DNA of 64,000 nucleotides from positions 4,928,001-4,992,000 of the forward strand of contig JASGHG010000001.1 of assembly GCA_047602425.1 (NCBI GenBank), given 5' to 3'. Under the pieces are notes generated by a model that saw nothing but the letters and a program-made list of their open reading frames with translations, made no database searches and was not told where the DNA came from. Of the stretch, positions 1 through 10,017 are shown piece by piece; position 1 is the stretch's first letter, and each line of letters starts with the position of its first letter. Position numbers and translations under genes: made by a program. This stretch comes from Nibricoccus sp. GTDB lineage: Bacteria > Verrucomicrobiota > Verrucomicrobiia > Opitutales > Opitutaceae.

Positions 1-813
1 AGCCAAGACGAAATCACGGCGCATTTTAATCTACTGCCCGAGCGCTATTTCATCCACGCCGACACCTCCGAGGTCGCACTTCACATCCAGATGGTGAACA
101 AACTTCTCCATTCGATCAGCACCGCGGATTCCGTCGGTTCGCTCAAACCCGTGATCGATTGGAAAGACGATCTCAACCGCAGCCTGACTGTCGTCAATGT
201 CGTCACGTGGGATCGGGCCGGCCTTTTCTATAAACTCGCGGGCGCTTTCAGCGTCGCGGGCCTCAATATTCTCGGAGCCAAGGTCATTTCCCGTACCGAC
301 CATATCGCCATCGACACTTTCCACGTGGTCGAGCCCAACCGCGGCGTCGTGCAGAATCAGATCGCGATGGAAACTTTCGCCAAAACGATCGAGCAGGCCC
401 TCGTCGCCAACAAAGACCTCTATCCCGAGATCATGGCGCAGGCCAACAAGTATACCAGCCGCTACACCACGACCCAGACGCCCGGCGAAACCCTCCACGG
501 CTCCTTCCCACCCATCGTCGAGGTCTACCACGAACTCTCGATGAAACGAACCATCGTCGAGATCCAGGCGCACGACCAGATTGGCCTGCTCTACCTGCTC
601 GCCAAGGCCATTTACGACCATGGCTTTGACATCACGTTCGCACGCATCGGCACGGAACGCGGCATCGCCATCGACACTTTCTACATCGAAAACGTGAATC
701 GCGATGCCACGGAAGACACTTCCCGCCTTCACGCGTTGCGCGACGCTCTCACGACCATCGTCACTCCGGCGGTCGTCACCGCCGAAGCGGCACCGACCGC
801 CGCCGGTAAGTAA
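1..813 (+). CDS. glnD: [Protein-PII] uridylyltransferase, C-terminal part with two ACT domains (5' end outside window)
   Basis: Frame is open from position 1 (SQDEITAHFNLLPERYF...). Two ACT-type segments, WDRAGLFYKLAGAF...AIDTFHV and HDQIGLLY...FARIGTERGIAIDTFYI, are typical of the GlnD C-terminus. Confidence 0.9.
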   Translation, partial: SQDEITAHFNLLPERYFIHADTSEVALHIQMVNKLLHSISTADSVGSLKPVIDWKDDLNRSLTVVNVVTWDRAGLFYKLAGAFSVAGLNILGAKVISRTDHIAIDTFHVVEPNRGVVQNQIAMETFAKTIEQALVANKDLYPEIMAQANKYTSRYTTTQTPGETLHGSFPPIVEVYHELSMKRTIVEIQAHDQIGLLYLLAKAIYDHGFDITFARIGTERGIAIDTFYIENVNRDATEDTSRLHALRDALTTIVTPAVVTAEAAPTAAGK

Positions 814-831
814 TTGCGCGACAGCCGAGGA

Positions 832-3693
832 TCAATGCCGCGGTCCTGAAACCGCTTTGACCGTCGCCGTGGCGGACTTCAGACCTTCCGCTTCGACCAC
901 CAGACGGACGTCGCCGGGATTGCGTGGCGCTTGCACGATCACTTGTGCAAGACCGTTGAAGAGGTCGCGCTGAACCTGCGGCGCGGCTGTCGTCACGCGA
1001 AGAGTTCCCAACCGTTCCGATTGGGGCAAACGGCGGCGACCATCTTCGAAAGGCGTCACCAGCAATCGCACATGGTTTTCGCCAGCCACCAGCATCGTCG
1101 CATCGAGCTTGAGTGACGGTCCCACGAGGGTGGTATCGAGATCGCGCGCCATTTCGCGTCCATTCAGCCAAACGGTGGTCTTCGAACCCAGCGAGGGCAG
1201 AAACAGATCGAGCGTGGCGCCGGCTGTTAGTGACGATGTGGAGAAGTCGGCCGCCAATTCGTAGAGCTCGCCCGGTTTAGGCAGCGGCGCTTTCCAATCA
1301 CCCAGAACCATTAGTGGCTTCAACTCCGTCGCCGCAGCCTCTTTTGTATTCGCAGCCACCATACAGCCGCGCCAGTGCGCGACCGGGGTAAAAGCATAGG
1401 TGGGATGATATTGATCGGGTTCGAGGCACGAAGGATCGCCGTTGCCTACACCAAGAATTTTACCACCAGTGATCGTGAATTTCGCTGGTAAACAGGCCGT
1501 GGGAACAACGCGCCCCTGCGCATCGCGCGCCTCAACGGCAAAGACCGTCGCATCGGTTCCGTCCGCGGTGATTGTCGTACGGTCGGGTGTCAGGACAAGT
1601 TGCGTCGCCGGACCAGTCGTTTCCACGCGGGCCGTTTCGACGAGTTTGCCCGCGCGATAACCACGAGCCTCGATGGTACCCGGCGCGTAGGCGACCGTCC
1701 ATTCCACGCGGTCATTGCGCGGCATGGCTTTTTTGCCCAGCGAGGCGCCGTTGAGGAAAAGTTCGACCTCATCGTGATTCGTGTAGCAGCCGACCTTGAT
1801 CGACTGACCTTCGCGCCCGGTCCAATTCCAATGCGGATAAATGTGCAGCACCGGACGGTCCGTCCACCAGGCCTGCAAATAATAAAAGCTGTCCTTCGCA
1901 AAGCCGCATGAATCGAGCAAACCGAACTGCGTGCTGTGCGTCGGATAAGCAAACGGCGTCGGTTCGCCGCGGTAGTCCAAACCAGTCCAATAGAACAAAC
2001 CCGCCAGGTACGGACGCTCCGCGTAGTGCTTCCAGCCCTTGATGCAGTTGCCACCCGAGTCGCCGATCCCATCGGGATCGTGCGCAAGATGCCCACGCTT
2101 CCGGTCGGTAAAATAAACTCCGCGAGTGCACTGTGTCGTCGTTTCCTCCGTGCCGATGCCGGGCTGCTCGGGAAATTTCCTGTGCTGCTCATCCGTGCTG
2201 CCGTGGGTGTAATAATTGTAACCCATCACGTCGGCGGTGGTCGAACTCCCAGCGCCCCAACCACCGCTAATCGCCACAGTCGTCCGGCGTGTGGGATCGA
2301 GCCGCTGCGCGACGGCTTGCATACTGGCGGTGATGCGCGCCCCTTTTTCGTTGCCTTCAATCGCCCACTCCTCGTTGCCGACCGACCAGATGATTACGCT
2401 CGGATGATTGCGGTCGCGACGAATCATGGCCTCCAGCTGGCGCAATTGCTCCGGGCTTGGCCCCATCAACCGATTCTCGTCGATGACCAATACACCAAGC
2501 CGGTCGCAGGCGTCGAGAAACGCCGGCGAGGGTGGTTCGTGCGAGGTGCGAACGGCGTTGCAGCCCATCTCCTTCAAGCGACGCAGCCGAAACTCATGAA
2601 GCGCATCGGGCAGCGCCACCCCGACTCCCGCGTGGTCCTGGTGCAGGTTCACACCTTTGAGCAGAACGTGGTTTCCGTTTAGGAAGAAGCCTTGATTCGG
2701 GTCAAAACGCACGCTGCGAATCCCGAAAGGCGTTTCGTATCGGTCGACGATCTTTCCCTCCGAGCGCACGAGTGTGACCAGCCGGTAACGCGCCGGAATA
2801 TCCACCGACCAAAGCCGGGGATTCGACACTTTCATGACCTGCGTCACCTCAGATTTTCCGCCGGCCGCCAAAGCACCCTCTTCGCTAACGCTTCGAGCGA
2901 CTTCGCCGCCGTCTGGATCCTCAACAATTTGCTCAACGACAAATCTCGCTCCGCCGACACCGTCGTTCACGACCGTTACAGTCGCAGCAATCTCCGCCGA
3001 ATCGCTCTGAAGTGTAGTCGCCACAAACGTTCCCCACATGGGCACGTGTAGCGGCGAGGTCTTCGTCAACCAAACGTGGCGGTAAATTCCCGCGCCTTCG
3101 TAGTACCAGCCTTCCTCCAGGGTGGCATCGGCACGAACTGTGATGACGTTTTCGCCGCCATAGTTCAAATAGTCGGTTAGATCGTAGCAAAATCCCGTCG
3201 AGGCGCTCGGCTGGCGACCGAGATAAAAGCCGTTCACCCAAACCACACTGTCGCGAAAGACGCCTTCAAACTCGATCGACACGCGCCGCCCCAAATCCGA
3301 AGCCGACACGTGAAAAGTCTTGCGATACCAACCGACGCTGCGCTCGGGGTACCTGCGGCCGATGGCTTTGTAGCCATGACTGTGACTTCCATCACCGGCA
3401 AAAGGCGCTTCCACCGCCCAATCGTGTGGTAGATCGAGCTGGCGCCAGGCGCGGTCGTCGAATTTCGGCGCCGCCGGACCATCACCGTAACCAGCCTTTG
3501 CGACATAAGAAAAATAACTGGTGGCATGATCGAAGTCCTTTGAGGTATCAAACGCGTGACCAAACGAAAAGCGCCAGTCAGCGTCGAAACTAAGCCGTTC
3601 GCGCGGCGAAGAGATTTCGGCTGCGGCAAACGAAGTCACACAAGCCACCGCAAAACACACGGCGGCGATCCAGGGGCGGAGTAACACGTTCAT
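832..3693 (-). CDS. Secreted GH2 beta-galactosidase-like glycoside hydrolase
   Basis: Signal peptide; LPHDW, GIYRHVWL, GVNLHQDHAGVG, RDRNHPSVIIWSVGNE (acid/base Glu), WTGLDYRGEP, GVGNGDP. Confidence 0.93.
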   Translation of the reverse strand: MNVLLRPWIAAVCFAVACVTSFAAAEISSPRERLSFDADWRFSFGHAFDTSKDFDHATSYFSYVAKAGYGDGPAAPKFDDRAWRQLDLPHDWAVEAPFAGDGSHSHGYKAIGRRYPERSVGWYRKTFHVSASDLGRRVSIEFEGVFRDSVVWVNGFYLGRQPSASTGFCYDLTDYLNYGGENVITVRADATLEEGWYYEGAGIYRHVWLTKTSPLHVPMWGTFVATTLQSDSAEIAATVTVVNDGVGGARFVVEQIVEDPDGGEVARSVSEEGALAAGGKSEVTQVMKVSNPRLWSVDIPARYRLVTLVRSEGKIVDRYETPFGIRSVRFDPNQGFFLNGNHVLLKGVNLHQDHAGVGVALPDALHEFRLRRLKEMGCNAVRTSHEPPSPAFLDACDRLGVLVIDENRLMGPSPEQLRQLEAMIRRDRNHPSVIIWSVGNEEWAIEGNEKGARITASMQAVAQRLDPTRRTTVAISGGWGAGSSTTADVMGYNYYTHGSTDEQHRKFPEQPGIGTEETTTQCTRGVYFTDRKRGHLAHDPDGIGDSGGNCIKGWKHYAERPYLAGLFYWTGLDYRGEPTPFAYPTHSTQFGLLDSCGFAKDSFYYLQAWWTDRPVLHIYPHWNWTGREGQSIKVGCYTNHDEVELFLNGASLGKKAMPRNDRVEWTVAYAPGTIEARGYRAGKLVETARVETTGPATQLVLTPDRTTITADGTDATVFAVEARDAQGRVVPTACLPAKFTITGGKILGVGNGDPSCLEPDQYHPTYAFTPVAHWRGCMVAANTKEAAATELKPLMVLGDWKAPLPKPGELYELAADFSTSSLTAGATLDLFLPSLGSKTTVWLNGREMARDLDTTLVGPSLKLDATMLVAGENHVRLLVTPFEDGRRRLPQSERLGTLRVTTAAPQVQRDLFNGLAQVIVQAPRNPGDVRLVVEAEGLKSATATVKAVSGPRH

Positions 3694-3731
3694 GCCTTCG
3701 CAGAAAATACTGAAATACTGCCGAGGCGAGA

Positions 3732-3749
3732 TGATTTAACGTTAATTCA
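3732..3749. promoter_or_regulatory. Near-perfect 18-bp palindrome TGATTTAACGTTAATTCA, candidate operator upstream of the GH2 gene
   Basis: AT-rich palindrome with central CG (one mismatched pair) in the 96-bp gap between GH31 and GH2. Confidence 0.45.
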
Positions 3750-3789
3750 CGCTTATTTTCGCCTTCTTCCGGCTTTTTGTGGCCCGCGT

Positions 3790-6165
3790 TCATTTCCGGA
3801 TTGTCCACTTCACCTGCCCGGCAAGTGGATCGTTGCGCAAAGCAAATCCATTGGGCCCGCGTTCGATTTCGATGTTTTTCGTGGCACTCGTTGTCGGCAA
3901 ATACACCAGCCCGCTAGCTGACTTTTTCGTTTCCGTCGCGTAGACGACAAGCTCCAGCTTCGACCAATCCATCTGGGCCGTCGATTGAGCCAGCGCGATG
4001 TGCGGAAGCACGGTGCCGTCACGCACCAAGATCACTGCGGCAACTTTCCCGGCTTCGATTCGGTGCCATCCGCGCTCGTACACGCGTCCGGTTTGGTAAT
4101 CGATCCAGCGCCCCGAAGGCAGATACACTTCGCGCGCCTTTGCGCCTGGCTCGAACAGCGGCGCTACGTACAGACTCGACCCCAGCAGATAGGCATCATC
4201 GACCAACCACGCGCCAGGGTCATCGGGAAACTCGATAAATAATGCCCGCGTCATCGGCAGTCCACGCTCGGCGCTGTCCTTGGCCTGCGCGTAAACGTAG
4301 GGCATCAACCGATATTTCAGCTCCGTCGTGGCGCGGAAATCGTTCTCCAATTCCGTACCATATTCCCACGGCTCACGCGGCGGCGATCCATGACAACGGC
4401 TGTGCGAGGTCAACAGGCCGAAAGCCAACCAGCGACGATATAAATCTGGCGATGGCCGTCCGAAAAATCCCCCGATGTCGTGACTCCAAAACGAAAATCC
4501 GCACACACCGAGCGAAAGCCCGGCGCGCAACGTTCCCGCCATGGACGAATCGGTATTGTGCGCATCGCCACTCCAATGCAGCGGATAGCGCTGACTTCCC
4601 GCCCATCCAGCCCGCGCCCAGATGATATCTCCGCCCGTCGTGGAATGCGTGATCTCCGCCACCGTTTTTTGGTAACGGAGAGGATAAAGATTATGTTCAT
4701 AGAAACCGGTTCGGCCCGACGCATAAAGTCCGCTCTCCGGCGCCGCTTCGCCAAAATCCACCTTGATCGCGCCAACGCCCATTTTCAGCAATCCCGCGAT
4801 ATTTTCCTGATACCATGCGACGGCCTCAGGATTCGAGAAATCGAGAATGGCGTCCTCCGTAGGCAGGCCGCCCTTCGCATCTTTTACGGCAAACCCGCGT
4901 GAGACGATTTCCGGGAAAAGCTGGTTTTGCGGAATAAAGTACGGCAGTTGCCAAAGCGACACGCGGAAGCCTTCCTGCTTCAAATCGGCAATCATCTTCA
5001 GCGGATCTTTGAAGCGCGTCGTGGAGAATTTGTAGTCGCATTGCCAATCCGTCTCGAACCAACCGGTATCGAGATGAATCACGTCGCACGGGATTTTGTG
5101 TTCCCGCAACTTCGCCGCCACCGCGCGCACTTCATCTTCGGCTTTGTAGGTGATCCGGCTCATCCATAGGCCAAACGACCACAACGGCGGCATCGCCGCG
5201 TGGCCTGTGAGTTCCGTGTAGGCACCGATGACCTCCTTCGGATTGCCCAGGAAAATAAATAAATCGAGTTCGTCATCGCCTATGGTCAGAGCGTTGCGCC
5301 CAGCATCCGTCGCTCCAAAATCGCAGGTGATCGGCGACGACGTGTGCATGAACATGCCATAACCACGGCTGCTCAGGAAAAATGGAACCGGTTTGTACAT
5401 CTCGCGACTCTCCGCACCCAGTACGTCGTGCGACCAGAGCACCAGTTTCTGTCCACGCTTGTCAAAATTCGTGTACGATTCGCCGCCACCAAAAATCTTT
5501 TCGCCCGGTGCCAGCGAAAACACCGCCGCCACATTTCGTGAATAATCCTCAGCCCGACGTACGAACGAAAATGGCAGTTCGGCTTTCTCCGTTACGGTTT
5601 GCGTGAGCAAGCGTCCGGCCGCATCGCGAATCTCAATCCGCCAGGGTTTTTCGTTCAGCACGACCGAGCCCTTTGTACTCTTGAATTCCCAGCCGCCTTC
5701 GATCTTCGTGCGCGTCCACGAACCATCTGCCACCGGCTCACGCACAAGCATGAGTGAAGCCTCCTTGGTGGGACGGGGAGTGGCGCTTGTGGCCATGCGC
5801 AGGCGAATTGTACGCGGTGAAACAAACTCCAGCGAAAATGGCAGCGCTGGATCAACCGCGTAGGCGGTGCGCGGCCATTCGTTACCCTTGGGAAGTGGTT
5901 CGTAGGTGGAACTTGTATTGTTGAACGACATGCCCCACGTGTACGCCGAGCGTTTCCAGCCAAGCTTCCCCGCGCCGGTGGCCAGATCGAATTCCGCGAC
6001 CCGCTCCGCCACAAAATACGTGTTGGCAAAATCGCGAAACGCCGCGCTCACATCGATCGGCGCGCTCAGTGTGCGTTGCGACGTGACATCGGCGACGCTT
6101 GATCCAGCCAGCCCTAGAAAAGCAAAGAATGCAGCCGCACAACCTCGGGGAGTTACTAAGTTCAT
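3790..6165 (-). CDS. Secreted GH31 alpha-xylosidase-like glycoside hydrolase
   Basis: Signal peptide; YKPVPFFLS, PPLWSFGLW, KVDFGE (nucleophile), HWSGD (acid/base), WSHDIGGF, HSRCHG. Confidence 0.92.
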   Translation of the reverse strand: MNLVTPRGCAAAFFAFLGLAGSSVADVTSQRTLSAPIDVSAAFRDFANTYFVAERVAEFDLATGAGKLGWKRSAYTWGMSFNNTSSTYEPLPKGNEWPRTAYAVDPALPFSLEFVSPRTIRLRMATSATPRPTKEASLMLVREPVADGSWTRTKIEGGWEFKSTKGSVVLNEKPWRIEIRDAAGRLLTQTVTEKAELPFSFVRRAEDYSRNVAAVFSLAPGEKIFGGGESYTNFDKRGQKLVLWSHDVLGAESREMYKPVPFFLSSRGYGMFMHTSSPITCDFGATDAGRNALTIGDDELDLFIFLGNPKEVIGAYTELTGHAAMPPLWSFGLWMSRITYKAEDEVRAVAAKLREHKIPCDVIHLDTGWFETDWQCDYKFSTTRFKDPLKMIADLKQEGFRVSLWQLPYFIPQNQLFPEIVSRGFAVKDAKGGLPTEDAILDFSNPEAVAWYQENIAGLLKMGVGAIKVDFGEAAPESGLYASGRTGFYEHNLYPLRYQKTVAEITHSTTGGDIIWARAGWAGSQRYPLHWSGDAHNTDSSMAGTLRAGLSLGVCGFSFWSHDIGGFFGRPSPDLYRRWLAFGLLTSHSRCHGSPPREPWEYGTELENDFRATTELKYRLMPYVYAQAKDSAERGLPMTRALFIEFPDDPGAWLVDDAYLLGSSLYVAPLFEPGAKAREVYLPSGRWIDYQTGRVYERGWHRIEAGKVAAVILVRDGTVLPHIALAQSTAQMDWSKLELVVYATETKKSASGLVYLPTTSATKNIEIERGPNGFALRNDPLAGQVKWTIRK

Positions 6166-6283
6166 CCGTTCAGCAAAAACCGTTGCTACCGAAGTCCAAT
6201 CTTAAACTTCATTCGCCGATCGATCCAATCCATCGCTCGACAACGCACGCCGACTCCGACTACATCGACCGAATATTTGCCCC

Positions 6284-8116
6284 ATGATCGATTTCCAAAA
6301 AATAAAAAACAAAGCCGTAACTTCCCCAAAGCTAATCGTCGCAACACTCATGCTCTGCAGCACCACTTTCTCTTTTGGCGCGGAATCAAAAGGCTCGTCG
6401 AATTTTCTCGATTGGGCACCGACTCCGCCGATGGGTTGGAATAGTTGGGACTGTTTTGCCACCACGGTCACCGAAGAACAAACCAAGGCCCAAGCCGACT
6501 TCATGGCCGCCAAGCTCAAGGCCCATGGTTGGCAGTACATCGTTGTCGATATCCAGTGGTATGAACCCAATGCGAAAAGCCACGACTACCGTAAAGACGC
6601 CGTCCTAACGATGGATGCGTACGGACGCCTGCAACCTGCGACGAACCGCTTTCCATCGGCCAAAAATGAAAACGGTTTCAAAAGCCTCGCCGCGTACGTG
6701 CACAGTCTCGGCCTGAAGTTCGGCATCCACCTCATGCGAGGCATCCCCAGACAGGCCGTTGAAAAAAATCTACCGATTCTCGGAACCAAATTCCACGCCC
6801 AAGACATCGCCGACCGCGTGCATATTTGTCCATGGAATCCGGACATGTACGGCGTCGATATGAGCAAGCCCGGCGCACAGGAATACTACGACTCTGTTTT
6901 CGCGCTTATAGCCGAATGGGGCGTCGACTACGTGAAAGTCGATGACCTAAGCCGTCCTTATTTTCAGAACAAACCCGAAGTCGAAGCGATCCGTCGCGCC
7001 ATCGACAAAACCGGTCGTCCCATGGTGCTTAGCCTTTCGCCCGGGGCGACCGATATTAAAGCCGCCGATCACGTCACGAAACACGCCAACCTCTGGCGCA
7101 TCAGCGACGACTTTTGGGACCGCTGGCTCGCGCTGCGCGAACAATTCTGGCGCCTAGCCCAGTGGAATCCCCATCGCCGCCCCGGCGCCTGGCCCGATGC
7201 CGACATGCTCCCGCTAGGCACACTCGTGCTCGGAGAACGAACCACCCGCTTTACCCCAGACGAGCAGATCACACTGATGACCCTTTGGTCGATCGCCCGC
7301 TCCCCGCTCATGCATGGCGGCGACATGACGAAGACCGATCCGGCGACGCTGGCGCTGCTCACCAACGACGAGGTTCTCGCCGTCAACCAGCGCAGCGCGC
7401 AGAACCGCCCGCTCTTCGACCGCGACGGCTTGATCGCGTGGACCGCCATCGATCCCGCCAATGGCGACACCTATCTCGCCGTCTTCAACGCTCGTGACCG
7501 CGTGCGACTCACCAAAGAAAATGCCCGTCAATTCAACGCCGACGTTTCAGCCGTCCCTGCCACTCACGCTCAAATCGACATCGACGTTCTTGATAGTCGC
7601 AAACTTTTCCTCGTCGCCGAACCGGTTGCCGAATCCGACGGCTTCACGCCCGTGTTCTGGCAGTTCCCACGCGTACTGCTGGCCGACGGAACCGAACAAC
7701 TTATAACCGCCACGCCTTGGACACGCGCCGATGCCCAGTGGGACAGCGCCAAAGTACACAAAGACTCTGTGGGAAAACCAACCCGTCTGACCGCCCTCGC
7801 CTCCGCGGTCATTGAGTACGCACTGCCCCCTGGCGCACTGCGCTTCAAGGCCACCGCAGGCGTCGATGCCAATGGCAAAGCCGAAACCCTCGGCCACGTG
7901 CGCATTTTCACGGTCGTTTGCACTGAAACCAATGAAGACAAAAGTCCCGGCCTGCCGATCGAAGTTAAACTCGCCGAACTCGTCGGTACCGAATCCGCAC
8001 AGGTTCGCGACCTCTGGTCCGGCACCGATCTTGGCGAATTCAAAGGTTCGTTCGCACCCGTCGTACCGTATCACGGGGCGAAACTCTTCCGGCTAAAACG
8101 CGCTGCAAAAAAATAG
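6284..8116 (+). CDS. Secreted GH27 glycoside hydrolase (beta-L-arabinopyranosidase/alpha-galactosidase family) with an inserted extra domain
   Basis: TPPMGWNSW, VVDIQWYEP, DYVKVDD, WRISDDFWD, WPDADMLPLG; C-terminal VRDLW...HGAKLFRL. Confidence 0.9.
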   Translation: MIDFQKIKNKAVTSPKLIVATLMLCSTTFSFGAESKGSSNFLDWAPTPPMGWNSWDCFATTVTEEQTKAQADFMAAKLKAHGWQYIVVDIQWYEPNAKSHDYRKDAVLTMDAYGRLQPATNRFPSAKNENGFKSLAAYVHSLGLKFGIHLMRGIPRQAVEKNLPILGTKFHAQDIADRVHICPWNPDMYGVDMSKPGAQEYYDSVFALIAEWGVDYVKVDDLSRPYFQNKPEVEAIRRAIDKTGRPMVLSLSPGATDIKAADHVTKHANLWRISDDFWDRWLALREQFWRLAQWNPHRRPGAWPDADMLPLGTLVLGERTTRFTPDEQITLMTLWSIARSPLMHGGDMTKTDPATLALLTNDEVLAVNQRSAQNRPLFDRDGLIAWTAIDPANGDTYLAVFNARDRVRLTKENARQFNADVSAVPATHAQIDIDVLDSRKLFLVAEPVAESDGFTPVFWQFPRVLLADGTEQLITATPWTRADAQWDSAKVHKDSVGKPTRLTALASAVIEYALPPGALRFKATAGVDANGKAETLGHVRIFTVVCTETNEDKSPGLPIEVKLAELVGTESAQVRDLWSGTDLGEFKGSFAPVVPYHGAKLFRLKRAAKK

Positions 8117-8125
8117 CCGTACGAC

Positions 8126-8698
8126 GTGCTGCTCGCGCTCAACAAACCCTACGGCGTCCTCTCGCAGTTCACGCCCGAACCCGGTTCGAAATGGCGCACG
8201 CTCACGGAGTTCGGAATGCCGCCGCGCGTTTACCCAATCGGTCGCCTCGATGCCGATAGCGAGGGGTTGTTGCTGTTGACCGATGAAGCGCCACTCAACC
8301 AGCGCCTCCTCCATCCGCGCCACGGCCACCGGCGCGAATACTGGGTGCAAGTCGAACGTATTCCCACCGACAAGGCTCTTGCCAATCTCACCGCCGGACT
8401 TCGCGTCGGCGACCACGAGGCCTTGCCCTGCCGCGCCGCCCGCCTCGAACCAGCGCCAGAGGTTCCGCCGCGCGATCCTCCGATCCGCGTCCGCAAGACA
8501 GTCCCAGATTGCTGGATTTCCCTCGAAATCACCGAAGGTAAAAACCGCCAAGTCCGCCGCATGACCGCTGCCGTCGGCCACCCCACGCTGCGGCTCATTC
8601 GCGCGCGCATCGGTGAGCTCACGCTTTCCGATCTCGGCCTTTCTCCTGGACAGTGGCGCGAGTTGACGGCTTCCGAACGGCAACGCGTGTTCGAATAA
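8126..8698 (+). CDS. rRNA pseudouridine synthase, RluE/RsuA family (no S4 domain)
   Basis: LNKPYGVLSQF, GRLDADSEGLLLLT, EGKNRQVRRMTAAVGHPTLRLIR. Confidence 0.92.
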   Translation: MLLALNKPYGVLSQFTPEPGSKWRTLTEFGMPPRVYPIGRLDADSEGLLLLTDEAPLNQRLLHPRHGHRREYWVQVERIPTDKALANLTAGLRVGDHEALPCRAARLEPAPEVPPRDPPIRVRKTVPDCWISLEITEGKNRQVRRMTAAVGHPTLRLIRARIGELTLSDLGLSPGQWRELTASERQRVFE

Positions 8699-8736
8699 GC
8701 TGAAGGGAACATGCGCTCTTTGGGTTTATTCTCTTC

Positions 8737-9618
8737 GTGAAACAATTCGTTCTGCCTGCCCTTTTCGTTTTCGGCACCGCCGTCTTGTCCGCTTCGCCAA
8801 CACGTCAACTGGCACTCGACGAAATGATTGCCGCTGAGCGCGCCTTTGCCGCACTTGCCGCCAAAACCAATACCCGTGACGCCTTCCTCACCTATCTGGC
8901 CGACGATGCAATCATGTTCGCCAACGGCCCGCGCAAAGGAAAGGAACTCTACGCCGGGCGGCCCATCGACGAAAGTTTGCTCGCGTGGGGACCTGCTTTT
9001 GCCGACGTAGCCTCTTCCGGCGATTTCGGTTACGATACCGGACCCTATACTCACCGCCAAAAGCGCACCGACGAAAAACCTTCGCGACAAGGTCAATTCG
9101 TCACCGTATGGAAAAAACAGGCGTCAGGCGAATGGCGCGTTATTTTCGACACCGGCTATGGCCATCCGCTGTCAGAAAACGAAGCTGCACCGGAAGTCCA
9201 ATATTCAACCATCATCTCGAAGCAAAATTCCCCGGTTCAGCCCAACGATTCCCGCATCGCGCTTCTCAATGCAGAAAACGCCTTTATCGATCGCTTGCGC
9301 AAGGACGGAGCGAGCGCGTATGACTCGGTTCTTTCCGCCGAAGCGCGTCGGCTGCATCACGGATCGCCGCCAGCGATTTCTCCAATCGCCATCCGGGCTC
9401 AGCTCGAAAAATTCTCCTCCAGCGAGATACTGAGCTATGAGCCGATCGCAGCGACCACCGCGAGCAGCGGCGACCTTGGCTACGCCTATGGCTGGGTAAC
9501 GACGGAAAAATCCATAGCCGAGAAAACGGCATCGCAACGTTCCAACTACCTGCGCATTTGGAAACGCGAAAACGGCAAGGATTGGCGTCTTGTCCTCGAA
9601 CTCACCGGACCGGGTTGA
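8737..9618 (+). CDS. Exported protein with two NTF2-like (DUF4440/SnoaL-like) domains
   Basis: Signal peptide; internal duplication AERAF...SGDFGYDTG...VWKKQASGEW and AENAF...SGDLGYAYG...IWKRENGKDW. Confidence 0.75.
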   Translation: MKQFVLPALFVFGTAVLSASPTRQLALDEMIAAERAFAALAAKTNTRDAFLTYLADDAIMFANGPRKGKELYAGRPIDESLLAWGPAFADVASSGDFGYDTGPYTHRQKRTDEKPSRQGQFVTVWKKQASGEWRVIFDTGYGHPLSENEAAPEVQYSTIISKQNSPVQPNDSRIALLNAENAFIDRLRKDGASAYDSVLSAEARRLHHGSPPAISPIAIRAQLEKFSSSEILSYEPIAATTASSGDLGYAYGWVTTEKSIAEKTASQRSNYLRIWKRENGKDWRLVLELTGPG

Positions 9619-9648
9619 CCAGATCGTTCCGCGCGCCACTTTGGCGTC

Positions 9649-10017
9649 ATGCCAAATCCGCCCGCTGTCGTTTACGTCTACTCCGGTTGCAGCACTTGCC
9701 GCGACGCGCTGAAGTGGCTGAACGCTCACAAAATTGCTTTTACCGAAAAACCTATCCGCGAGACACCGCCAAGCGCGTCCGAGTTGAAACAGATGCTCGC
9801 GTTTCAAAACGGGAACCTCCGTCGTCTCTTCAATACTTCCGGCCTCGAATACCGCGCCCTCAAATTGAGCGACAAACTGCCGGCAATGAGCGAGGACGAA
9901 GCTCTTACTCTGCTCGAAAGTAACGGCAAACTCGTCAAGCGCCCTTTTGTCCTTGGCGAAAAGTTCGGCCTCGTCGGTTTTGATGAAGAAGCCTGGTCCA
10001 AGGTGTTCAAAACATGA
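9649..10017 (+). CDS. ArsC/Spx/YffB family thioredoxin-fold protein
   Basis: CSTC near the N-terminus, FNTSG, LVKRP, VGF. Confidence 0.88.
   Translation: MPNPPAVVYVYSGCSTCRDALKWLNAHKIAFTEKPIRETPPSASELKQMLAFQNGNLRRLFNTSGLEYRALKLSDKLPAMSEDEALTLLESNGKLVKRPFVLGEKFGLVGFDEEAWSKVFKT

Noticed and set aside
316..332. TTTCCACGTGG as a parS site
   Set aside because: Only a partial match to the 16-bp parS palindrome, inside glnD coding sequence.
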